A stretch of 64,000 bases of DNA, taken from Candidatus Daviesbacteria bacterium GW2011_GWA1_41_61 (GTDB taxonomy: Bacteria; Patescibacteriota; Microgenomatia; Daviesbacterales; UBA10151). Below are positions 17,837 to 26,240 of this stretch, piece after piece. The notes below the pieces were generated by a model. That model made no database searches. It was not told the DNA's origin and worked only from the letters and a program-made list of their open reading frames with translations. A program made the position numbers and the translations under genes. How positions within the stretch are numbered: the first letter of the stretch is position 1; the number at the start of each line of letters is the position of its first letter. The stretch lies in NCBI GenBank assembly GCA_000997385.1, contig LCBT01000004.1:8002-72001 (forward strand), given 5' to 3'.

Positions 17837-20194
17837 ATGAACTTTTTTGAAAATATCGCTGCCCAACTACCTTTTGGCAAGAAATCCGACCCAGCGGAGT
17901 ATTTCTTTGTCCTCAATATTGGTTTGTCGGAAGTTACAGCTGCTGTTTGGGCTATCTACGGACAGGAAATCGAGATTCTTAGCCAGGCCACTTTAACCTA
18001 TGAGGGAACAGATGATTTGTTGGAAAAAGGCTACCAGGTTTTAGATAAGTCATTGGGAGCTTTGGAAATTGAGCCACAAAAGGTGCTTTTCGGAGTTCCC
18101 GAAACCTGGAGCTTAGATGACGATCTGAAAGAACCTTATTTAAAACTTCTGAGGAAGATGCTTAAGAAATTTGGCCTTCAGCCTTTGGCTTATGTGACTA
18201 CTACCAACGCCCTCTCTTTCTTCTTACAAAGGCAAGAAGGAGCTCCTCAAACAGCTATCCTTATCGGGATTGGTGATTTTTTAGAAGTTACTTTGACCAA
18301 AGGCGGGAAGATGCTGGAAAGTCGAGCCGCCAAACGCTCGGGGTCTTTGTTTGAAGACATTGAAAAAATCCTTAGCCAGTTTACGGAAGTAGAGGTTTTG
18401 CCTTCAAAAATCCTTCTCTATCCCACTAACAAAGAAGAAGATTTGGCCAAAGTTAAAGATGATCTGATGTCTTTCCCCTGGATGCAAAGGCTTTCCTTCT
18501 TACACTTTCCCAAAATAGATCTTTTAAATGAAGATATTGCTCTTTCCTCAGTAGTGTTGTCAGCTGCTTGCGAGATGAATCCTCATATCAACTTTAAACA
18601 TCACTTTGTTTTATCAGCTTCTCCTTCCCCCTTACCTTCCCGCAGCCATAGTTTAAAACCGCCGGAGGAAGAATTGGGGTTTGTGGAAGGGGATATTAAG
18701 GAGCATTTGGGAAAAATCAAAGGAGATGAAAGTAAGTCCCAAAAGCCTTTAGAAAGTGAAGAGATGAGTGATCAAAAAGCGGGGTTTACCTCCCAATTAG
18801 TTTCTCCGGATTTGCCCGAAAGCGCCTATGAATCGGGACCAGAAGAGGAAGAATTGTTAGCTGATTCTGAAGACTTTGAATATTCCCGGCCTTTAACTGG
18901 ACGGTCTCATCATTCTGCTCCTGATTCATCCAAGTCTTTTGGTACTCAGTCCAGCTTTTCTTTACCGGCCGCTTTAGGGAAAGCCACCTCTTTGATGACT
19001 GCCCTAAAACCCAAAGAAGGAGTATCGGCAATATCCGGAAGATTACTAACAACCAAGCTGTTAATCCCGCCGGTTGTTTTGCTGCTTTTGGCCGGAGCTT
19101 ACCTTTTCTTCTCTCGCGCTGAGGTGGCCATTTTTGTAGAGCCAAAAGTATTAGAAAACAGCGCTGAGATTGTGGCTGATCCTAAAGCCACAGAGGTTAA
19201 TGAAGAAAAAAGGATTATTCCCGGTGTGATTATTGAAACTACCTTAAGCGGAACTGGTAAGGCTGTAGCTACGGGTAAAAAACAGATCGGCGATCCGGCT
19301 CGCGGCAAGGCTATAATTTACAATTTAACAGCTTCCAAAATTTCACTTTCCCAAGGGACAGTTTTAACCTCTTTCGAGGGCTTAAAGTTTGCTGTAGATT
19401 CTTCAGTGCAAATTGCTTCTCAATCATCTTCTGTTGGAGCAGACTTTACCACTGTTATTAAACCGGGAAAATCAGAGGCAGTGGGCGTTACCGCTAAAGC
19501 CATTGGCCCGGAAGGAAATTTGCCGGGAGGAACAGATCTTTTAGTGACGGGATATCAAAAGTCTCAGGTTGTTGCCCGGATAGAGGAGGCGTTGTCCGGA
19601 GGAACCTCCAAAGAAGTAACTGTTGTTACCTCCGATGACCAGAAGAAACTTCAGGCCAAAGTGTTGGATGACCTTCGCCAAAAAGCTCAGGAGGAGCTTA
19701 AGACTAAACAATCAGGGGATCAGAAGGTTATCGCTGAGGCTTTAAGTGTGGTCGAAGGCAAATATAAGTTTAATAAACAAATTGGGGATCAATCTAGTGA
19801 GTTTTCTCTAAATGCCACAGTTCATTTTAAGGGGATTGCTTACTCAGATACTGATCTTAAGACTGTGGTTTCTAAGTTAGTCCAAACCAATATTCCGGAA
19901 GGTTTTGGTTTAAGCCCGGCAGATATGGAAACTCAAGCTGACGTTTTTAAGGTAGATAAAGATGGAGGGCTTGTTTTTAAGGCTAAGTTTAAAGCAAAGC
20001 TTATGCCAAAATATAATCTGGAGGAGTTAAAAGCTAAGATAAAAGGAAAAACTGTTGAGGAAGTAGCAGCTCAAATTAAAGAGCTGGAAAGTGCTATTGG
20101 TTCGGAAATCAAGCTTAGCCCGAGCTTGCCTGCTCCGCTGGGCAGACTGCCCTTTGTGGAAAAAAATATCGCCATCTCCGTCTCTCCAAAATAG
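17837..20194 (+). CDS. membrane protein: FtsA/actin-like N-terminus, disordered linker, TM, baseplate-J-like C-terminus
   Basis: FVLNIGLSEVTAAVW (actin-fold beta-strand), one TM, C-terminal ATGKK..GDPARG..IYN...G..GN...GGTS..VTVVT..D. Confidence 0.65.
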   Translation: MNFFENIAAQLPFGKKSDPAEYFFVLNIGLSEVTAAVWAIYGQEIEILSQATLTYEGTDDLLEKGYQVLDKSLGALEIEPQKVLFGVPETWSLDDDLKEPYLKLLRKMLKKFGLQPLAYVTTTNALSFFLQRQEGAPQTAILIGIGDFLEVTLTKGGKMLESRAAKRSGSLFEDIEKILSQFTEVEVLPSKILLYPTNKEEDLAKVKDDLMSFPWMQRLSFLHFPKIDLLNEDIALSSVVLSAACEMNPHINFKHHFVLSASPSPLPSRSHSLKPPEEELGFVEGDIKEHLGKIKGDESKSQKPLESEEMSDQKAGFTSQLVSPDLPESAYESGPEEEELLADSEDFEYSRPLTGRSHHSAPDSSKSFGTQSSFSLPAALGKATSLMTALKPKEGVSAISGRLLTTKLLIPPVVLLLLAGAYLFFSRAEVAIFVEPKVLENSAEIVADPKATEVNEEKRIIPGVIIETTLSGTGKAVATGKKQIGDPARGKAIIYNLTASKISLSQGTVLTSFEGLKFAVDSSVQIASQSSSVGADFTTVIKPGKSEAVGVTAKAIGPEGNLPGGTDLLVTGYQKSQVVARIEEALSGGTSKEVTVVTSDDQKKLQAKVLDDLRQKAQEELKTKQSGDQKVIAEALSVVEGKYKFNKQIGDQSSEFSLNATVHFKGIAYSDTDLKTVVSKLVQTNIPEGFGLSPADMETQADVFKVDKDGGLVFKAKFKAKLMPKYNLEELKAKIKGKTVEEVAAQIKELESAIGSEIKLSPSLPAPLGRLPFVEKNIAISVSPK

Positions 20195-20225
20195 TTTATG
20201 GTACACTACTTAAAACTTATAGAGT

Positions 20226-20606
20226 ATGAAATACTTAGGCGTTGATTGGGGCTTAAAAAGGGTTGGGTTGGCTATTTCCGAAGGGAAAATCGCTTCTCCT
20301 TTGGCTGTACTGAGTGTTAACAGTTTGCAGGATGGCTTAGACAAGCTAATCTCTTTTATCAAGAGGGAAGAAATTGATATAGTAGTCATCGGTAAACCTG
20401 AAGGGGAGTCAGGGAAAAGAGTTGAAGCGGTGGTCAAAAAACTAAAGAAAGTTGGGTTGAAGGTAATCGAAGCTGATGAAACCCTCTCTACCCAAGAAGC
20501 GAAAAAATTTCTGCTTCGGATAGGAGTAAGCCGAAAATCACGGCGACTGGATGACGCCTGGGCGGCAACCATTATTTTACAGAGGTTTTTAGATGAACAA
20601 CCTTAA
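20226..20606 (+). CDS. ruvX: YqgF/RuvX pre-16S rRNA nuclease
   Basis: YLGVDWGLKRVGLAIS, DETLSTQEA, DDAWAATIILQRFL. Confidence 0.92.
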   Translation: MKYLGVDWGLKRVGLAISEGKIASPLAVLSVNSLQDGLDKLISFIKREEIDIVVIGKPEGESGKRVEAVVKKLKKVGLKVIEADETLSTQEAKKFLLRIGVSRKSRRLDDAWAATIILQRFLDEQP

Positions 20607-21600
20607 TCCAAGTTATCAAATAAAACATCGACAAAGGTGGCTTCTTTTAATTTTGTTTTTAGTGGTTATCTTGGCGGGGTTGAAATTTTATATAGATTAC
20701 TTGCTTTCCCCGGTGGATGCTCAAAAAACCACCTTACAAACTTTTGTCGTCGAGAGTGGAGAATCTACTTTAGGAGTAGCCCAAAGGTTAGAAAAGGAGG
20801 GTTTGATTAAATCAGCTAACGTTTTTGCTATTTTAGCCAGAAGCAGGAAAAGCCAAGGGCAAATTCAAGCCGGCGAGGTTGAGCTCTCTCCATCCTTAAA
20901 CGCTTCAGAGACTTTAAAAAAATTAATGCTGGGAGTATCTGACAAACGGACCACTTTAGTGGAAGGATGGAGAGTAGAAGAGATGGCCCAAGAACTAAAT
21001 TCCAAATTAAAAATTGAAAAGTCGGATTTTTTGGCGGTAGCGAAAGAGGGCTATATGTTCCCGGACACTTATTATTTTAGTCCCAAGGCTTCAGCTTCTG
21101 ATGTGGCTGATGTGATGAAAGATAATTTTAACCAAAAATATGATGAGAAGCTCCAAGCCAAAATTAAAAAATTAGGTCTAAGTGTAGATGAGGGAGTAAT
21201 TTTGGCTTCAATTGTGGAAAGAGAGGCTCGTTCAGAGGAGGATAGAAAGATGGTAGCCAGTATTTTACTCAAAAGGTTTAATATCGGCATGCCCTTGAAT
21301 GCTGATGCCACAGTGCAATATGCTTTAGTCCCCCAGGGAGCCAAAAGCCCGCCTGCCGGGGGATGGTGGAAAAGATATTTAACTAGAGATGATTTAAAAA
21401 TAGAGTCTGCCTTTAATACCTATCTTTATCCGGGCTTCCCGCCTGCTCCTATTGCCAATCCCGGGTTTTCTTCTATTCAAGCCGTGGCTGAGGCTAACAC
21501 GGCTACCCCTTACTTATATTACTATCATGATCCTCAAGGCCGGTCTTATTATGCTAAAACTTTGGAAGAACATAATGAGAATGTGGTCCGCTACCATTAG
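20593..21600 (+). CDS. mltG: endolytic transglycosylase MltG
   Basis: N-terminal TM, EGYMFPDTY, LASIVERE, DATVQY, FNTY..PG.PP.PIANPG. Confidence 0.93.
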   Translation: MNNLNPSYQIKHRQRWLLLILFLVVILAGLKFYIDYLLSPVDAQKTTLQTFVVESGESTLGVAQRLEKEGLIKSANVFAILARSRKSQGQIQAGEVELSPSLNASETLKKLMLGVSDKRTTLVEGWRVEEMAQELNSKLKIEKSDFLAVAKEGYMFPDTYYFSPKASASDVADVMKDNFNQKYDEKLQAKIKKLGLSVDEGVILASIVEREARSEEDRKMVASILLKRFNIGMPLNADATVQYALVPQGAKSPPAGGWWKRYLTRDDLKIESAFNTYLYPGFPPAPIANPGFSSIQAVAEANTATPYLYYYHDPQGRSYYAKTLEEHNENVVRYH

Positions 21601-21691
21601 GGGTTGTAAGTTATACCAGGATCCAGGATAGATGATCACTTGATTGACACCAATCCCTCTTTGTGAGTTAATAAAAGTAGTGTCAAAGAAG

Positions 21692-24600
21692 ATGAATCCG
21701 TCTGAAACAAAACTAAATTCTATCCTCAGTAAACTCTCCTCCCAGCAAAATAAAAAGAGAAAGGTTGCTATTTTAATCTTCTTCCTTAGCTTAATTTCCT
21801 TTCTATCAATAACCACCTTTTCTCCCTTTAAAGATAAACTCTTTTCTTCTCTTTATCCCAAACGTTTTTCCTTTGCTGCTGGAAATACTTATTATGTTGC
21901 TACCATTGGTTCTGACTCAAATACCGGAACCATTGATCAACCCTGGCGTACTGTAAAGTATTCTTTGTCTAAACTTCAACCCGGTGATACCCTTTATCTT
22001 AGAGGTGGTACTTACTATAATGAAGGCGGTACTACCATCAGTTTGAAAGGTGCATCCACCAGTTGGATTATCTTACAATCCTACCCCGGAGAAAGGGCAA
22101 TCATTGACGGAGGCGTACCTGATTTTAGCAATGCTCCCAATAATGCCTGGGAACTGGTTGATTCCTCAACCGGCCTTTACAGGAGCGTAAGCAGCAATTT
22201 CAGCGGTTCTGATCTTTCCAGTAATGCCACGTTGGGCGGCTGGCTTCTTGATTCCAACACCCAACTTGTTCATTACGGCCATTCTACCAGCGAAAATCCT
22301 GATTCTTTAAACTCCCAGAACTATACTGTCAGTAAATTTAATCCTGTCTACATCGGGCCGGGTGTCCAGCTAAGAGGCGATGGTCATATATACATTCGTT
22401 TAACTCCCAATTCTTATAATCAAATTGCCCAGGATGGAAGCACCCTGCCGCAAATTCCCGCTGATACTAATCCCAACAACAACCGCATTTCGATCTTTAA
22501 TACCAGCACCCTTTATACTCTTAGCGGTGCCAGTTATCTGGCATTTAAAAATATTGATTTTGTTCACGCCGTTAAACTCTTTGATCTTCAAAACAGCACG
22601 AATCACATTCTTTTTGACCAAGATAAATTTAAATTTGGTTCATACGGCATCAACACCGAACCTACCTCGGGAACTTCTGATATTGAGGTAGCTTCCAGCG
22701 AATTTACGAACGGAGTACCTGACTGGTTGCGCTGGACCGACACTAAAAATATCGCTTATGATAGCTCTCCCGCTTATCCTGAGTTCCAATCAGTAGCCAT
22801 AGACGGCACTCCTTCGAATTTCTACATACACGACAATTATATGTACCGCCTCTTTGATGGTCTTCACTTTAAGGATGGGACGGCAAACACACAGTTTATC
22901 AACAACGTAATCGCTTTAAGCCACGATGATGCGTTTGAAATTAATCCTACGGTGCAAAATGTGGAGATTGCTCATAACATAATGCGCCATGTCCATAACG
23001 GTTTTGGCGTCAACCGCAGCAGCAGCTGTACCGGAGTGGGGGTTATCAATATGCACCATAATGTTATGGATACCTCAATGCCACAGCGCCAAGGCAGGGA
23101 AGGCAACTCCCGAATTTCTCAATATCCTCTCTGGTCACCCTATTCTCCTTTTGCCTCACACGGCAGCGGCTGTGATACCTACAAACTACGTTTTTACAAC
23201 AACACAATTGTGGGACGAAGGGCGACCAGCAGTTCTGATTCCTTAGGACCGAGAAACATGACCGCCTCCACAGACCTTTATGTCTACAACAATCTCTGGT
23301 ATGCCATCAATAATGTGAGCGCACTTTCTAACCATCAGGAAAGCTCTGGCGCTCACTATGACGGTGAAGCTTTCTGGCAGTCTAACCCTTCCGGTCAATC
23401 TTTACTTTTAAATTTCGGAAATGGCAGCAGTTTCACTTCTCTTTCCAGCTACACTTCAACAATCGGAACTACCTGGTTAAAATCAGGTATTCAAACCGAC
23501 CCGGGATTTTCTCTTTCTGCTATTGATTCTAATAACTATGACCCTGCGACAGTATGGAGCATTTATCAACCAACAAACCCTGCATTTTTTACTACCGAAG
23601 TTGACACCACAGGTCTGGGTTGGCCTGAGGCAGATGGCATTACTTACCGGGGGGCAGTTGGATTAAATTCTACACCCGCTGCAATAAACACCCCTTCTCC
23701 TACTCCTATTATTTCTACACCTACTCCTACTTCCCAACCCACTGCTACTCCTACCCCCACTCCTACTCCCAAACCTACTACTACACCCATTCCTATCTCT
23801 ACTCCCACGCCAACCTCATCTCCTTCAGATGCAGTAACCTTTAATCCTGTAGCCGACAGTTTCGTCGAGGCCTCCTATCCTGATAAAAACAATGGCAGTA
23901 GCAGTGCCTTGGGGGTTGATGGAAGTCCTATTGAAATAAGCTATCTCAACTTTGATTTTGGATCTTTAGCAGGTAAAACTGTTACTTCGGCAAAACTTCG
24001 TATATATTTAACAAATTTCTCCACAGGAACCCAAAATATTAAGTCAGTTACAAATACCAGTTGGAGTGAATCCAGCTTAACTTACAACAATAAGCCAACA
24101 ACCGGGACGACAATAGCTTCATTTGCCGGTAACAGTTCCAGTACCTGGAAAGAGGTTGATTTAACTCCATTTCTATCTGATAAAGCAGGACAAACCTTTT
24201 CCTTAGCAGTTGAACAGTCAGCTACAGATGGAATTGATTTCTCGTCTCGGGAAGCAATGAACAAACCTCAAATTGTAGTAACTTTAGCTGGCGGGATTAC
24301 AGGAAATACCTCTTCTCTGTTACCTACAGCTGATGCCGAAGTTGAGAAAAACTATCCTGATAAAAACTATGGCAGTTCAACTGCTTTAGAGGTAGATAAC
24401 AGCCCGGTAGAGATAAGTTATCTTAAATTTAATTTAACTCCTTTTGCAGGAAAAGAGATTGTTTCTGCTAAATTAAAACTAAGAGTCAGGAATTCTTCCA
24501 GCGGCATACAATATGTCAGACTTGTTGAAGATACAATTTGGAGTGAATCCAGCTTAACCTACAATAACAGGCCGCAAGCTTCAACTACAATCACCCAGTT

Positions 24601-24778
24601 AAATGGAGGAAAAAGTAGCACCTGGATTGAGATTGATGTAACTTCTGCAGTTTTGACAAAGCTTGGAGGATATCTCTCCCTCCTGGTTGATTCAACCTCA
24701 AGTGATGGTTTTGGTTTTTATTCAAAAGAAGCTTCAACATCAACATATAGACCGACATTAATTATTACAAATAAGTGA
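21692..24778 (+). CDS. large surface protein: beta-helix (pectate-lyase-like), PT linker, two DNRLRE/CBM96-like domains
   Basis: TM, YYVAT.GSD..GT..QPW, PGDTLYLRGG, beta-helix repeats, (PT)n, two copies of ADxxV...PDKN.G...WSE..LTYNN.P. Confidence 0.8.
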   Translation: MNPSETKLNSILSKLSSQQNKKRKVAILIFFLSLISFLSITTFSPFKDKLFSSLYPKRFSFAAGNTYYVATIGSDSNTGTIDQPWRTVKYSLSKLQPGDTLYLRGGTYYNEGGTTISLKGASTSWIILQSYPGERAIIDGGVPDFSNAPNNAWELVDSSTGLYRSVSSNFSGSDLSSNATLGGWLLDSNTQLVHYGHSTSENPDSLNSQNYTVSKFNPVYIGPGVQLRGDGHIYIRLTPNSYNQIAQDGSTLPQIPADTNPNNNRISIFNTSTLYTLSGASYLAFKNIDFVHAVKLFDLQNSTNHILFDQDKFKFGSYGINTEPTSGTSDIEVASSEFTNGVPDWLRWTDTKNIAYDSSPAYPEFQSVAIDGTPSNFYIHDNYMYRLFDGLHFKDGTANTQFINNVIALSHDDAFEINPTVQNVEIAHNIMRHVHNGFGVNRSSSCTGVGVINMHHNVMDTSMPQRQGREGNSRISQYPLWSPYSPFASHGSGCDTYKLRFYNNTIVGRRATSSSDSLGPRNMTASTDLYVYNNLWYAINNVSALSNHQESSGAHYDGEAFWQSNPSGQSLLLNFGNGSSFTSLSSYTSTIGTTWLKSGIQTDPGFSLSAIDSNNYDPATVWSIYQPTNPAFFTTEVDTTGLGWPEADGITYRGAVGLNSTPAAINTPSPTPIISTPTPTSQPTATPTPTPTPKPTTTPIPISTPTPTSSPSDAVTFNPVADSFVEASYPDKNNGSSSALGVDGSPIEISYLNFDFGSLAGKTVTSAKLRIYLTNFSTGTQNIKSVTNTSWSESSLTYNNKPTTGTTIASFAGNSSSTWKEVDLTPFLSDKAGQTFSLAVEQSATDGIDFSSREAMNKPQIVVTLAGGITGNTSSLLPTADAEVEKNYPDKNYGSSTALEVDNSPVEISYLKFNLTPFAGKEIVSAKLKLRVRNSSSGIQYVRLVEDTIWSESSLTYNNRPQASTTITQLNGGKSSTWIEIDVTSAVLTKLGGYLSLLVDSTSSDGFGFYSKEASTSTYRPTLIITNK

Positions 24779-25206
24779 TTAAGATGAGAAGAAAATTAAA
24801 AAACCAAGGATTTTCAGCCATAATTCTACTTGTGCTTATCGCTGCAATAAGCATTTTGCTGATTTATTTTTACTATTTTAAGAGTAGCGGAAAGATAGAA
24901 GAATGGGTTAAAAAATACACACCTCAAACTAGTAAGAGCGAACAAACTGTTGTTGAAACTAATGTCAAAATTACCAAAGAGGGTTTTGTCCCCCAAATAA
25001 TTAAGGTCAAAATAGGAACAGAAGTAACTTGGATAAATGAAGACAAAAATTCCCACCAAGTAATTTCTGATTTAGAAGGTCTTGATAGTGATGAACCTCT
25101 GCTTGCTAACGATTCATTCAGTTTTAAATTTGAAAAAACAGGCACCTTTTCTTATTATGATGATTTAAATCCTCAAAAATTCAAAGGAACAGTAGTTGTG
25201 GAGTGA
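24775..25206 (+). CDS. membrane-anchored cupredoxin-fold protein with degenerate Cu site
   Basis: GFVPQ.IKVKIGT.VTWIN.D..HQV...F.K.GTF.Y; Cys/His/Met ligands replaced (YYDDLNPQKFKG). Confidence 0.75.
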   Translation: MIKMRRKLKNQGFSAIILLVLIAAISILLIYFYYFKSSGKIEEWVKKYTPQTSKSEQTVVETNVKITKEGFVPQIIKVKIGTEVTWINEDKNSHQVISDLEGLDSDEPLLANDSFSFKFEKTGTFSYYDDLNPQKFKGTVVVE

Positions 25207-25288
25207 AAAACCACTACTAAAGTTTTTTATACAGCTACCCTAATTTAGTGCCTTGACAGGTAGTTAAAAATATTTTAATTTAATATTA

Positions 25289-26017
25289 ATGAATAAAACT
25301 GCTCAAGCAGGAATAGTTTCCCCCTTGCTGCTTTTGGCTTTGGCTGCTATGGGAGTATTATCTTTTATTTTAGTCACTCAATTTGCTCCCTTCCAAAAAA
25401 CTGAAGTGGCCCAGCTTTATCCAAAGGAGGAACCCCAGGCTCAAATAAAAACTACAGGAAGTGGAGCCCCATCAGGGACTCATTATAATTTAAATATTAT
25501 TGGGGCACCCAAAGGAAAAACAGCTTCCTTGACTGAAAGCAGCGGCCATCGGATCTTTGTCCCCCTAACAGGAAGCTGTAAGATTAAGTTATCCATGGGA
25601 GATTTTGCAGTCCTGGATGGTAATTGCACTGATGGACCGGCATCTTTCCAACTGCCAAGTCCTGATCCGGATAATGATGGGATAACCACCTATTCAGTCT
25701 GGGTAAGAGCTTTAGGTAAACCGGGTGGCAAATCCACCATGACACCCTGCGCTACTTATATTGATCCCACTACAGGTGTAGCAGAGGAGTGGTGTTCTAC
25801 CTCTCAGTTGGTCTCAGTCAGAACTTCCGGCAAACAATCCTTTAGTGATGTTTCTAAGCTGTTGCTTTATGTCTATGTTGATCTGGATGGAGATGGGACT
25901 ATTGAAAGATATCCACTCTTTGATCCAACCCTGCAGGATTATTTCTGGAGCTATGATAATCAGGGTCTGAAGCTTCTACAGATGAGATTTTATCCCATCC
26001 CCTCCAACGTTAACTAA
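25289..26017 (+). CDS. exported hypothetical protein
   Basis: QAG|IVS plus TM, paired cysteines, Ca-binding-like DPDNDG and DLDGDG loops. Confidence 0.7.
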   Translation: MNKTAQAGIVSPLLLLALAAMGVLSFILVTQFAPFQKTEVAQLYPKEEPQAQIKTTGSGAPSGTHYNLNIIGAPKGKTASLTESSGHRIFVPLTGSCKIKLSMGDFAVLDGNCTDGPASFQLPSPDPDNDGITTYSVWVRALGKPGGKSTMTPCATYIDPTTGVAEEWCSTSQLVSVRTSGKQSFSDVSKLLLYVYVDLDGDGTIERYPLFDPTLQDYFWSYDNQGLKLLQMRFYPIPSNVN

Positions 26018-26059
26018 ACTGTCAGCTTTAAAATATTTACAATTAAGGACTGATTGTTT

Positions 26060-26151
26060 TGTGGTATAATTAATGCAGCCAAAAACTGAGGAGAGAGTTT
26101 TTGAAGGGTGCCTCTTGACAGGCTGTTTTTGTTGTGGTTAAATTATCCACA
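26060..26151 (+). promoter_or_regulatory. rpoBC promoters overlapped by DnaA-box-like sites
   Basis: TGGTATAAT (26062-70); TTGACA (26115); TTATCCACA (26143-51) and inverted TGTGGTTAA (26133-41). Confidence 0.55.
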
Positions 26152-26240
26152 GCTTAATAACCTAAATATTGGCATACAGGGTTGTATGCTTTATTTTGTT
26201 GTGTCCATAGATTTAGGGGCTTTGGGGGAACCATCTACTA

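Noticed and set aside
19100-20194. Baseplate-J-like domain as evidence of a prophage
   Set aside because: No other phage genes are present; the domain is fused to a TM and flanked by housekeeping genes.
23690-23820. Repetitive ACTCC/ACCCC tract
   Set aside because: Encodes an ordinary Pro-Thr linker; it is not a CRISPR array or DNA-level repeat.
26073-26141. Cys-rich 22-aa ORF MQPKTEERVFEGCLLTGCFCCG
   Set aside because: The ATG is only 2 nt after the -10 box and has no SD; the sequence is explained by rpoB promoter elements.
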